Of a stretch of DNA of 64,000 nucleotides, positions 35,386 to 48,800 are shown piece after piece (position 1 is the stretch's first letter; each line of letters begins with the position of its first letter). Origin of the DNA: Blepharisma stoltei ATCC 30299 (Eukaryota > Protista > Ciliophora). The stretch covers positions 445,058-509,057 of the forward strand of contig CBFDEM010000050.1 in assembly GCA_965603825.1 (NCBI GenBank), read 5' to 3'. The notes under the pieces were generated by a model, which worked only from the letters and a program-made list of their open reading frames with translations, was not told the DNA's origin and ran no database searches. Made by a program: the position numbers and the translations under genes.

Positions 35386-38300
35386 ACAATAATAAAGGTT
35401 AAAACTTAATAATAAAATCTTTACTGAAATGGCGAGCCGCAATTTGTGGTTAATTTAATACTCAGGAAGCTCTAAAAGAGCCTAAATAACATGAAGGTAT
35501 CTATAAATATCAAAGTTACTATATTTAAATTGAGATACTTGGAATAATAGTGGATACCATATGAAAATCTGCTGATATTAAGCAGAAAACTAGTTTGGTT
35601 AATGATTTTAATTTAAACTCAAAATAAATGCACCTACATATGAACTTAAGAGTAATACTTTATTTGCGTAATTATTAAATTTTAAGAAGAAAAAGAAAAG
35701 CTGCTTCATTGCATAATCGAAAGACTCTTTCTGCCTGTGCCAGCCAAAATTTCTTTAATTATCAGGCTCTATAACAATTTATCTGCATCCTATTATATAA
35801 AAGCAATTTTTTGTCTAAGAAATTGGTATTTCTGCTAATATGGCAATATATATTTGTCTAGTATGATTTGCTAATTATCTCAAGTAGAGATATTCTTTTA
35901 TCCCAGCTCTCATTAAACCATAACTTAAGCCTTAAAAAATATAATGAGTAGATGGGAAATTTGATTTTCGCCGAGCATGAGCCTTTTGCATATTAGAGTT
36001 TTACAATTAAATTCCATTTCCAATAAATTAAATTTTTCTTTAAGGGCAAGTGAATTTAATTCCAAATAAATGTAGATTAAATTTTAATAGGGTAAGCCAA
36101 TTCTCATCTATTTTAACCAGTAATAATAGATATTGTGGTTTTAAAATGCATTGAAGTTAATAAAATCAAGAAATGATGATATCTGATTGCTAAAGGCAAG
36201 TTTAAGCAGTTATAAGTGAATTATTTATCCAGTTCTTCTAAACTTTTATGTAATAAAGCACAACAATCTAAAGGATTGCATAGCATAGAGGATATTTTAA
36301 TAAAATGTCCATAATTTTAAATGGCAGGGTCATTTAGGAATAACTCACTACACTGGATCCAGCGAGAGGATCTATAAGTCCTTAAGCGTCCTATTTCAAG
36401 AGAGGAAACTGCTCAAGATTTTTGGCTACTCAAAGAGAGTCCTAAGTCCACGGAAATTTTCTTTATGCCTCAGAGAAATATACATAAGGAAATTATAATC
36501 AAAAATATAATAAACATTTAAAAACTCCTGAATTAAATTAAATAATTAGTTAAATGTTGAATATCTCACTAAAGTTTTATTGAATTTTAATATTAATTTG
36601 TGCTAAATTTTATTGTCTGCATTAATCATTTAAATTTATAATTATTTTGGAAATATTTATGTCAAAGAAGACAATATATTAAAATTATTTTAAAAAGAAT
36701 TGCCATTAAAAGAGAAAAATCCATATTTGCATTTTAATTTAGCTGAAATTTATTTATTTTGAAGTTTCCTGTCTATTAAAGGAATTTTGCAAATTTAAGT
36801 ACTTATTTCGATTTGAATTTTAGAAAATAAGGATCAATTATAAAATATGGTTTCTTTGTTTATATGTAGAAACTGCTATTGCATTAGATTATGGATAAAT
36901 TTTTCTATAGGCACAGCTTTTAAGTCCAATTATCAATCAAGCAGCTTCTTCTCTAATTATCCCGCTTATGGCAATATTTATATTTTTCTACACGGGATGC
37001 TAATTCGTTCAAGGAGAGATATTGTATCCCAGCCATCAGCTTATTATAATTGATATCCTTATCAGTCAGGGTAATCCTTTACTTAAGCCTTAGATATATG
37101 TCGAGAATAAGCCTTCCACATTATTAGAACTTTTCTATCAAATTACCATTTTTTAATAAATTAAGCAACCCTTGAAATTTTTAATTCAGCACAGCAAGGC
37201 AAGATAATCTCTGAAGTCATGGAATATCAAGAACCTTAAAATTTAACAACCAGTTTATGGGCAAAAAACCATGGGACACAGAAAAGTTAAATAAGAAAAT
37301 ACTACAGAATTGAAATCGAAATTATTAAAAACGTGAAAAATACTAAAGAAGAAAGCATTCTTCCAGAAACTTTATATTAAGATAATTCAGAGTAGAATTA
37401 ACAAGATCCAATGGTTAGATTATTGAAGTTAATAAATAAGCTAGTATTGAAATCTTAATTATCTGAATTGTATATATAGAGAATTGATAACATCATTATT
37501 TATATTCTAATTCAAGCACAATACATTGCAGAAATATCAAAGATTTGCCAATTAAGTATTTTTGCTGCAATATTAAAGGAAAAAAGACGAATATTGGAGG
37601 TTTCAAGTAAAAGCTGAGAAAATAAAAAATTGTACTAAAATTATTACAAATATAAATAATAAATGAAAAGCAAATTAACTAAGGTTTTAGATAAAGATTA
37701 AAAAGGAATAAGCAAAACTGCTCCTTAGTCACCATTGGCCAAAGCATTTACCATAACGTTAACTATTTTATCTAATTACTCCGAATCACCTCAGAAGCAG
37801 AAAAATTCCTTCTAATGAAAATATGTGTTTTGAAATTTTCGAATTACTTGATAAGTGTTGGTAAGCTGCTATAAACATTCTGGATTAAATCTAAAATTTT
37901 AATGCTGATCATAATCATGCTTAAACTGTTTGAGTTCTTATTAAGAAGAGAACACTTTTAATTTCTACTCAAACTCGATTAGCCTTATAAAGGGATTGGT
38001 ATCTACGAATATTGCGACTAATAGAGTTGCAGACGCATGATGCCTGCTACAACTGGAATATCCTTATAAAGGCATTTATTGATTGCGATTTATACAGTCA
38101 TAGAGATACAGATTTCTGCCATAGTGTTGAGAGCTCTATGTGCATCATGAGGCTTAATTTTGATTATTTACAAGCTAAATTTAGAATAATTACAAATTTT
38201 ATCATGATAATTTTTTAAATTAATACATTTAAAAGTATGCTCTTAAGTGTCTGCCAATTTAATAGTTGTCTGTAAAGTTACCGCTTTGAATTTATTCGTT

Positions 38301-39289
38301 TTAACCAGTTATATTCAGCGTAAACATATAATCAATTTGGGTTTTTTGTTGAGCTACTTTTTTTGATTAAACCTCCTTATTTTTTATATATAATATTTCA
38401 TTTATTGTCAGCTGAGCAGCTGGCTTTATGGTTTTATACGAGCTAAATTATCGAGGCAAATAAAAAGCACTGAAAAGTAATTTAAATATTTAAGTGAAGC
38501 GCTTCCATTTCCTTTCCATTCGGGCTCAAAAGTCCTCTGTTTCTCTAATTGGAATTTTAAATCTTTCAGCTTGCTTGACGAGTTATATCAATGTGCGCTA
38601 TCAGTGATATCTATCTGCATATTTTAACCAGCCCAAATCGTAGGTAAATGGTCTTGTTAGTATAAAAATAGGTGTCAGGCAAGACAGTTTTTCGTAGTTC
38701 GCTTGCTCCATCTTTATTTCAATTCAAGATTTTCAGGTATGGCCTGAAGCATGGGTATCGATTTAGGAATGATTGGGCCTTAATATTTTTCATGAGATGA
38801 AGTAAAATGATGTTTAGTATAAAAGTAGGGGCCAGATATGTAAACTTTTGAAGTTCGTCCGGTTCAATCTTTAGTTTAAATAAAAGATGGTATCTGATTA
38901 ACTCATAAATTTATACATCTGAAATTGTTATTAATTTAAACATTTTATTTTTAATTATATGATAAGGATATAATATTTTTCAAAATTTAAATAAAAATCG
39001 CATGCATGAATTCATTTCAATTTATGTTTAATCAAGGATGCAATAGATAAATTATAAAGCCACTTACAGTGTCTAGTCCTTTCGATATTTATACTCTAAA
39101 TTAATTTATTTATATATAAAATCAACTCATTTGCATAATTAATAAAAATCTGATTAGGAGCCTTAGCAAATATTGCTTGTTAATAATAAATATACTAAAC
39201 TTCAAATTATTTAATGGCAGAAAAACATATAGTTTATGCTTTTAGAACTCAACATATCAACCAAATTTTAACTATTACTATTTTATTAA

Positions 39290-39851
39290 AAAGTCGTCCA
39301 TAAGGGCGATTCTCAATAGCAGTTGTCCTTGTAAGTAAAATGCTTTGCCTTGCAATTGTTCACTAGAGCCAGGGATAAGATGAACTGGCTTTATTCAGAA
39401 GCATATAGCAATGCTGCAATTCGTATAAAAATTGTCTGGCATTGACAAATATTGAGAACTATCAAAAAATAGCCCCTGTTGATAAGGCGGGATTGGATCA
39501 GCGCTTTCTAGGTTCCAAAAAAAGTTATAAGTTAAAGGGCTTGTCCCCGTCACTAGAGGACCATATCCCTTTAAATGTGCTTTGGTCAAAAGTGACATCG
39601 ATAACTGCATTTGAATTCAGAGTGCAAGGGTTTGTATCAAACCCATAAGGACATTTAGGCAAGCAAACACTATTTATCATAACAATTGATCTTGAAGAAC
39701 TGCTACATGTATCGCAAATAAAAGGAGTAGCGTTTGTGCAGGAAGCACAAAGCGCTCTGTCACACTCTGTATGACTTTTAACGAGAGAAAAGCTGAGTAA
39801 TAATAAAATCATTTCCAAGCCTCTTAAAAATGAAGCTTTGCCGTCTTCCAT
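39290..39851 (-). pseudogene. Truncated, frameshifted copy of the 5' end of the giant Cys-rich/LamG gene
   Basis: CDRALCASC..NSVCLPKCPYGF..AVIDVTFDQSTF, then a shifted frame with DPIPPYQQGLFF; matches 54476-54000. Confidence 0.85.
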
Positions 39852-40759
39852 TTAGATTTATAATTATCAAAATAGACATAGATATTTGTTAGTCTTTCCG
39901 AAGAGCAAATTGAATTTAGAAAACTGCTCTATATATTGTTTTTCTCATTTAGATGAGCTACTATATTTTTCAAAAAATTAAACTATCCATTAATTTTCCG
40001 TTTTATTTTAGCTAGCAAGCTTAGCTTTTGCATCTAATTCACTTCTCTGAAAAGCTGAACCCTTGTTCTTGCTATATCTTATTTTGAATCCATAATTTAT
40101 ATATATTTTTACATTTTTTATAGAAGATTTAAAATAGATTAATAAGAAATGAAGCATTATCAAATTATTAAAAGTTTGAATTTTTACTTTATTGATTATT
40201 AAAGAATTCAATAATAAAAGCCCATAAATTAATGATAGGCTTATTTCTTAGCTGCTAATTGAGTCAAATCAGTCTAAGACCAACAGAAATAGGAGGCCGC
40301 ATTGGGTAAAGGTCCAATGATCATACCTAAAAGACTTATTAGGCAAAATATCAAAACCAAATCCAATATTCATATGGTTCGATCTTTACAAGTAAGACAA
40401 CTAGTCCTTGAATTTTCAATTTAATAGCATTTTGGATCAGAAACCTGATAGTGATGGCAGAAACTGCAAAATTTTAGTAAACCTCAGGATTGCACTTGCA
40501 AACTCCAAAAAGCTGAGGAACTCATATTTATTACTCTTTCAAATAAAACTAGACACCTGCTTAAATAGGCCAAAAAAGCTATTTTATTTCGTATAAATTA
40601 TTATTTACTTAAGAAAAAGCGTAATTTTCTTCTGATTCTCAAAATAAAATAAAATGTTATCTATTGAAATTAATAATCTCTCCACCATTTTCTTTTTTTG
40701 CAATTTTTATTATGTAATTCAAAATTCGAAGAAGATAGAATTCTAATTTAATTAATAAT

Positions 40760-42441
40760 TTAGCTAAATCCAAAAGTCAGGTTAACAAAGATAGGTAAGT
40801 CGCAGTCCTTAATGCTTGTTTCGATTTCATAGCGTGTCTCATTTATTTTTATCAAAGTACAATTTTCTGTATCATAAGTAGTTTCATTCAAAAACTTAAC
40901 AATAAAAAATTTTTTCTGTAAATCTCTCTTTAATTTTGATGCAAAATTAACGATAATTTTATTGTCATTAAAGCCCAAATTAAAGCCAACCTTAGAACTT
41001 TTGCACGTTTTTTCTGTCTGATTTCCACAAAAATAAGAATTATCAGCTGAATTTTGTTCACAAGGATTACATGAGGAGCTTCCGTCAAAATACATATTGC
41101 TTGGACACTCACAGGCTGGAGGGCTGCTCATATTGATTTGATCTACACATGTAAGACAATTAGTTTTTGAGTCAGTGCATTCTGAGCATTTTGAATCACA
41201 ATCCTCGCAAGAATGGCTATAATTATTTCAGTATAGCTTAGATGAGCAGCAAGAGGTTTTCTTTATTTTGGCAATTGTTGTGATAGAAAAGAGATTATAG
41301 CACTTGAGACAATAATCCCCACTTCCGCGGTCTTCACAAAAATTACAATTCGGATCAGCGCAATTTGCGCATTCCACCTGGGTAGAGCTAACATATTTTC
41401 CATCACCACAACAAGAAGTTTTCTTTATATTTAATGGAGAGATTAATCTCAATTCTTTAGAGCATCCAAGGCAAGTGTTCCCACTTCCTCTGTCTTCGCA
41501 AATTTTGCAATTTATATCTGGGCATGATGTGCATTGGCTGACAGTGCTGCTCATAAAATACCCATCACGACAACAAGAAGTTTTCTTTATCTCTAACGAT
41601 GAGGTTAATCTCAATTTTTTAGAGCATTCAAGGCAAGTGTTCCCACTTCCGCTGTCTTCGCAGTTATTGCAATTTATATCTGGGCATGATGTGCATGAGC
41701 TGACAGTGCTGCTTCTAAATTGCCCATCAATACAACAAGAAGCTTTCTTTATCTTTACTTTATAGGCTAATGTCATTTTCTAGAGCATTTATCACAATGG
41801 CCAGCAGCTCCATCTTCGCATAATTCACAATTTGCATCAAAAGCTGAGCATTTTGAAGTTGAACTATCTAAATACTTGCCATCAGGACAACAACTTGGAG
41901 CTTTCTTTGATTTGATTATTGATTTAACTCTAATATTTCCTGATGTGGAGCAAGCAGTGCACCCACTGTTCCCATAGTAAGAGCCTGATTCGCAAGTTTG
42001 GCAAGTTGATCCATCAAACCAAGGATTAGCTTGTGGACAAATGCAAGTTCCAGCTGTTGCTGTAGCATCTTTACATTCACAGTCTTTCTTATTTGAGCTG
42101 ATAATCATTGTAGAATTATTTTGGCAGCCCAAACAGTTTCCATTATCGTCGCAATAAGCACACATTGTCCCACAAGGTGAGCAAGTTCCAGAATTGTCAT
42201 AATTTCCAGGTGAACAGGGAGTGGCGAGTAGAATTCTTCCACGTCTTGACTCTAAAGATTTTTCGGCCTCTAATGTTTTCTCATTAAGAAGCTTTTGGTC
42301 TTCATCTAAATGCCCTGACTTCAATGAAAAGCTTGTATCCCTGTTGCCAATCTTATCATAAGGGAAATTTTCTTCACCGATTTTAGTAGCCTGCGGATAG
42401 AAAAATCCTGCAAATAATCAAGGAAAAAAAATTTTTATCAT
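40760..42441 (-). CDS. Secreted Cys-rich furin-like repeat protein (~560 aa) with propeptide and shared C-terminal domain; 1-nt frameshift near 41776 (real lesion or homopolymer error)
   Basis: MIKIFFP(W)LFAGFFYPQA signal; RRGRILLA; CXXC repeats; TGA=Trp at 42418 and 41228; one added A restores CSRKMTL, matching the sibling repeats (CSKKLRL). Confidence 0.75.
41240..41915 (-). repeat. About four 162-bp (54-aa) coding repeats KKTSCCxDGxYxSSTxxxCxxCxDxNCxxCEDxGSGxxCLxC
   Basis: Direct repeats visible in both protein and DNA. Confidence 0.85.
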
Positions 42442-43699
42442 AATCTTTATAATCACCGTTCGATTTTATTAGAAAAAAACCAGTTTATAATTTAAAGTAT
42501 TTTAATTTTGTTTGCTAATATAATAGCTAAAGAATTAGAATTAAAGTGGAAATTTGTCGACCTCAAAAGATCAGATCAGATAAATTATTTTCCTATTTGA
42601 GGTATAATTTCCTGTGTTTTCGTGATAAAAATGTTTTAAAAAAATTATAGCTGCTTATCTAAATTAAATCTCAAGCTAAAAATCTGGCTTATTATGAATT
42701 CTTAAATAATTTATTTGAGATTCATCCTATTAAAAGAATTCGGAAACATATTTTATTTGCATTTAATGTCTTCTAAAACTCATGACGTTTAATATTTAAA
42801 GAATTTAAGGCTCTTTTTACTCTTAGATTTAAGCAAATAAGCAAAATTTATTATATTTCTAATTATATAGCCTTATTATAAATCACGATTTATAAGGAAA
42901 ATCCTTCTTTTAGCGTCTATTCTTGAAATCGAGATTTTAGCTGCAATCGCATATATAAAATCAAATCAGGTGATAAAACAAAAGAAAAATTACACTTATT
43001 TTGTCTTATTTATTTAGGCTAAGAAATTTCTCTTTAAATCCTAAATAATCTGTAAGCTTATTTTTCACGTTATATATAGAAAACTTAAGACAGTTTAAAA
43101 TGAAGAAATCAAGAAGATTAAATTAATAAAATTGAATTTTATGATGAGCTAGTGCCTTTAATATTAAAAGGTTCAAGAAAATAAAAGTTAGAAATTAATA
43201 ATAAACTTATTTCTTAACTATTAATTGAGAGCTGTAAATCTAAGATCAACAGAAATAGGCAAGTCACGTCTTTGCAAATTGGTATGGATTTCATAACTTG
43301 AATAACTTTTCATCTTTAGAGTATGCTAGCATAAAATTCAATTAAGATTATCAAATAACCCAGTTTGGTTATGCCTCCATTATCTCCATCATACTTCATT
43401 CTGCCTATTGTTGCCATTAGAAGGCTCTTCCTGCGTGGGCTCATGGATTATGTTTGCCATTTTATCGCTCATCAGCCATTTAATCGAATGGGATATTCAT
43501 TATATCTTGGTAACGGCCAGGGGTAGTGGCGTGAAATTTTTTTTTTTCTGTATAACCTTTGTCAAATTATATGCAAAATTAACAGTTATTACTCCATTGT
43601 CAAATTCTAAATTGAAGCCTATCTTTGAGCTGCTGCACGATCCTTCAGTCTGACTTCCACATAAAAATTCAGGATAGCCTTGACTAGGATTTTCACAAG

Positions 43700-43714
43700 C
43701 TAAATATTGCTTAC
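43700..43714 (-). other. Probable 15-nt intron GTAAGCAATATTTAG
   Basis: Homologous position and 14/15 identity to the intron at 46184-46198. Confidence 0.75.
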
Positions 43715-44718
43715 AAACACAAATATTTGAGTCTCCATTGTTTCGCAGATAATATTGACTTTTGCATGAAAGACAATTCGTGCTTGATCCAAAGCATGTA
43801 GCACAATTTATATCACAAGCTATGCAAGAAGAAATTCCATCAAAGAACATATTAGGTGAACAACTGCAGCCAAATTCAAGATCCATATGGTTTGAATCTT
43901 TGCAAGCTAGACAATTTGCACTTGAATTTTTACAAGTAAAACATTTTGGATCACAGACTTGGCAGTTTGTTGTAGAAATTATAGTATTCCAGTAAAATCC
44001 AGGGTTGCACTTGCATATTCCAGGCAACGTTGAGGAACTCATATTGATAAAATCTTTGCAAATAGCACAATTTGTGCTAGAAGTTTCACATTTCTTGCAT
44101 TGGGAGTCACATTTAGCACAAGTTGTATCTGAATCAAAGTAAAACCCATCGTCTGCAACGCATGTATTAGTATCAGTGTCAAGCGTAGAGTGCTCTGGAC
44201 AGTCACAATCAGGAATTACACCTCTTTTACAATTAATACACTTTAATGGAGGATATCCTTCACAAGTGATACACCCAGCAACCTCACAAGTAAGACAATC
44301 AGTGCCTCTGGCACACCAAGGCCAAGTAGAACAATTTTTCCCACAGTTTTGGCAAGAAGATCCGTCCAAATATTGGTTATCAACACAATTATTACTAACA
44401 GTCATGACATCAGTACTCTGAGCACATTCTGCTCTTGTCTGAAGCCAATAAATAACCCCCCTGAAAGAATTTCCACTACTTGTTTTCCCAATTGTTCATG
44501 TATAGCCTAAATTAGGAACCCTAGCTTCTTTAATAATTCCATTAATATAAAAAGAAATATTTACTGTATCACAGGTGGATTGATTAATAATCATTGAAAC
44601 AGTATGCCATGAAGATGTTAGCTTGTAGTGCATGCTGCAGTTTGCGTAACTTGATTATTATTTGAATCATAGACAAGCATGATAAATTTATACACGCCTG
44701 AGATATCGGCCCATATTC

Positions 44719-44840
44719 TTATATACTATATTTATAATATTCAAGCCATGGCAGCTAATAAAAATCATATTTAAAATAGAAAAATTTGACTTTGGGATCA
44801 GGCATGCCAATAATAGATAGATTTGCCTGTATTTTATATA
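44719..44840. mobile_element. 115-bp IES-like insertion bounded by a TTATATA direct repeat
   Basis: TTATATA at 44719-44725 and 44834-44840; removal restores in-frame TSYIRIWADISGVYKF. Confidence 0.65.
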
Positions 44841-45323
44841 TGAAGTCGAACTATAAATAATGTTTACAATTTCTCCACTTTCAAGAGGCTTAATTCATGT
44901 GTTTAACGTAAAATAGCATCCAGGAATAAAGCCTTCGCTATTAGAAGTACTTGATGTAGTCGCAAAATAAAAGCTACGGTCAATAGTTAGGAGTGGGGAA
45001 TTTTGAGTCTGAGACATATATGAAATGAAATCTGGATTTTGGAATATTGTAGTAGAATCGGTTGAACTTGCTATATATGTAGCGGTTAAATCCTTGATGC
45101 TTGAAAACTGTAAATCGAAAATAACTGCATCATTTCTACTATTTGGAAAGCATCAAGCAATCATACCATTTTTCTTACCAAAAGTAAACCTTGAAGGGCA
45201 TGCGTCTGAGCCTGAGCATATTTTGTCATCAATCATTTTTGAATGAGGACAGTAATAAATTCCAGCAATCGGAGTATCTGAAACACCATATGGACATAAA
45301 GCTGATGCCAACAAAAATTTTGC

Positions 45324-45533
45324 GATAAAAATCATATTTTATAGTTAGGTCTTGTCTCAGGCCGATTATAGAGGACTCCCTCAATGACAAAGGAAATAGT
45401 GACTAACAGTCAACAGCAGAGCTTGAGCAAGATCAGGACAACAGAGTGCACCAGCAGCATGCTCATTATGACGGAGGAAAAGAAACAGCTCAGCTATACA
45501 CCTAATTGTGGCAGGAGAACCTAGATAAAAATC
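45324..45533. mobile_element. 190-bp insertion flanked by a 10-bp direct repeat GATAAAAATC (target-site duplication or IES pointer)
   Basis: Repeat at 45324-45333 and 45524-45533; removing 200 bp restores the signal peptide MEFLWIFIAKFLLASA; the insert is GC-richer than its flanks. Confidence 0.75.
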
Positions 45534-45869
45534 CAAAGAAATTCCATTATGTTTTAAACTATTATATGTAAAATTTCAAGCTTTTAAAAGATTATTTATA
45601 AAATCAGTTATAAAGGTTAAATTCGATTTACGGGTGATCTGAAAAAAAGCAGCGCGCTTTTTTCCTATATGCTTCTTTATTTTAATATAAGTTTAATACT
45701 CACTATTCCATAGAATTCTATCTCTTTTCATCAAAAAAGAATAAAATAAACCCTCAGTTGCCAATTCCGAAATCAACTTTAAAAACCAAATTGGTTAATG
45801 CGATATATATTAGAACTTTCAACAAGTGATTTGATAGAAGAGATTAATAATAAAATTATTTCTTAACTA

Positions 45870-48800
45870 TTAGCCCAGAGCAGCAAACTTAAGTTCGACG
45901 AAAATAGGCAAATCGCAATCTGTTAAATTTGTATGGATTTCATAACTAAAAAGGCTTTTCATCTGAAGAGTGCAATTTTCTGTGTTATAATTCGTCCCAT
46001 TTGAAAGCTTGATAATGAAGTTTTTTTTCTGTAGAGTTTTCTTTAAATTTGATGCAAAATTAATAATAATTGTTCCATTGTCGAACTCTATATTAAAGCC
46101 AATTTTTGAGTTGCTGCACAATTTTTCAGTCTGACTTCCACATAAAACATCAGAAGGTGGGCCTTGACTATCATCTTCACAAGCTAAATATTACTTACAA
46201 ACACAAATATTAGAGTTCCCATTACTTAGCAGATAATATTGATTTTTGCATGTAAGACAATTCGTACTGGATCCAGAACATGTAGCACAATTCACATCAC
46301 ATAGCATGCATGATATTCCATCAAAGAACATATTAGGCAAGCACTCACAGTCAAATTCAATATCCATATATTCTGTATCTTTACAAACAAGACAATTAGT
46401 ACTTGAATTTTCACAAGAATAGCATTTTGGATTGCAGACCTGGCAGCTGGTTGTAGAAACTTCAGAGTCCCAATAAAACCCAGGATTGCACTTACAAGCA
46501 CCAGAAAAAGCTGAAAAACCCATATTAATCAAATCTGGGCAGATAATGCAATTTTCACTAGAAGTTGCACAATACTTGCACTTTGAATCACAAGCTTGAC
46601 AATTTGTAGTAGAGACAGAGGGATTTCAATAAAATCCTGAATTGCATTGGCAAGGTCCTGGTAATATTGATTCATTCATATTAGCCAAATCTTTACAGGA
46701 AAGGCAATTTCCACTTGAATTTTCACAAGTTTTGCATTTTGGGTCACAGGCTTGACAGTCTGTATCAGAAATTGCAGGATTTCAGTAATACTCGTCAATA
46801 CACTTGCAAGCTCCAGGTCAGCTTGAAATAATCATTTTAGCTGGATCTTTGCAGCTGAGGCAATTATCGAAAGATTCGCAATAAGCACAAGATGAGCCAC
46901 AAGGCTGGCAACTAGTAAAAGATTTTGAAATGTCTCAATAGTAAGTGTCATCACATTTGCAAAGACCCGGCAATAAAGAGCCACTCATATGAACCGGATC
47001 TTTGCAGGTTAAGCAGTTTGTAGATGTCCCTAAGCATGTACTGCATCTTGCATCACAAACTTGGCAAGAATCACTATTTTCAGAAAGAAAATAGCCATTA
47101 GCACATTTATTGCAGTTTTGCCCATTATTATTTTCAACGATAATACAATTATCAATTGCTGAAGCGATACAAAGCGAATTTGTGTCAGGCAAATATCCTG
47201 CAGGGCAGCTGGCTTCACAAGAAAATCCATTCGGTGATAAATAATATCCTAAATCGCAAGCACAAGGAGATCCAGATGCATGGGAAATGCAAGATTCGCA
47301 TAAACCTGGCTCAAAGCCAGAGCACTTGCTGCAAAGGCTATCGTCACAAATATTACATGAAATCTCTCTGGTGCATCCAAGAGGGCAGCCATCACAATGA
47401 TAGCATTCACTTGGATTGATTAAATAATAAGCAAAGTTACAGTTCCATAAGCAGCTAGTTCTAAGTCCTAATCCGCAAACATCATCTCATATTTCATAAT
47501 AAAAATCATTTATTAGGCTATTTCATAGATTAAAATTGTAAATGAATCCTCTAAAACTAGATGAAGAGCTCTTTCCAAGAATAATAAGCTTAGCTGAAGG
47601 CTCTCTATAAATGTAGTTATTTATTATACTTGGAGTTCCTACAACATTGTTATAATAAATTGTAGCAGAAGTAAATCATCAAGCATAAAATACTGTAAAA
47701 GATAAATATGTCCATGTACTTATGTTGTCAATTAAGTTAGTGGTAGTTACGTAACCAAAGTTTTCGAATGCAATTTCGGCTTTTCCACCAGACCATATAG
47801 TTAATATATTTTCCTTTTCAAAAATATCACCCTCTTGTTCATGATAATACCAAAACCCAATAGTAAAGCTGTGAGAAAAATAAATCCCAATATCTGATTT
47901 TAAATATTTTCCATTTGAAAAATAGAGCCCTCTATTCTTTGCAGGGATAGGATCGCTATCTTCTGGGCTGTTTCAAAATTGATAAGATGAAGAACTAGTT
48001 GCTGTTGTAAATATTCCATATGAGCCTGAGAAGTTGCCACTGAATCGCTGATTTATAACTTTATCAGTCACACTAGAACAGCCAGGGCCAAAACCATAAG
48101 GACATTCATGCAAGCAAATATTTCCTACCGATACTTTGCCAGGCAAGCAAGCAGAGCATAGATAATAATCAGTATCTCCACTGCATTGAGTGCATAAGGA
48201 ATCACAGTGTCCACAGGACTGAGATCACTGATTCCAAGGAAAATTTGGATCGCAAGTACATTCCCCATTTACCAGAGTTGCTCTAGGAATGCAGGTAGTA
48301 CAAGACCCATCAAATGAGTCGCATTCTAAGCATTCCTTTTGGAGGCACAATCTACAAGTTTCTAAGCTTCTACATCCATAAGAGCTACAGATTGGACTGC
48401 AAGCTGCACAACCATTTGAATAATAAGATCCAAAGTCACAATTATCAGGGCAAATTAGATCATAAGGACAGCTTGAGCATTCTCCGACACATCCCTGAGT
48501 TTTTCAATCATCAAGAGGATGTGAGTTTGAATTAAATACTTTTAAGCTCCACAAAAACCCAGTAAATCCATTGCTGCCATTTGATGCTCCAATCTTTAAA
48601 TCCCCTGAGTCGAAAAAAGGATTGTTGTTAGGATGATTATTAATAAATATAATAGAGTAGTCAGTATATAAATAAAAGACCATTCTTCCATCCGAAGTAT
48701 CGCTTGTAATTGCAAGATAGTGCCAAGCATTGAATAAATTTTGGGATCCATTGATTGAAATAGTTGATGTATCCTGCAAAGTTAAAAACAATAAAAACAT

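Larger units (their letters stand above)
43221..45547 (-). pseudogene. Cys-rich furin-like + single LamG secreted protein gene interrupted by three insertions and a frameshift
   Basis: Reconstructs as MEFLWIFIAKFLLASALCP..LamG-like..CXXC repeats..DLPISVDLRFTALN-TAA. Insertions at 45334-45533, 44726-44840 and about 43323-43530; frameshift near 44620; 15-nt intron 43700-43714. Confidence 0.8.

Noticed and set aside
36840-38830. Coding-like patches and short ORFs (36847, 38012)
   Set aside because: No sustained frame or recognisable motif; probably decayed genes that I cannot assign.
46191-46193. In-frame TAA aligned with CAA(Gln) in the paralog, suggesting Condylostoma-like ambiguous stop codons or a nonsense mutation
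   Set aside because: It lies inside a canonical 15-nt intron; multi-kb ORFs otherwise lack TAA/TAG, so these are true stops.
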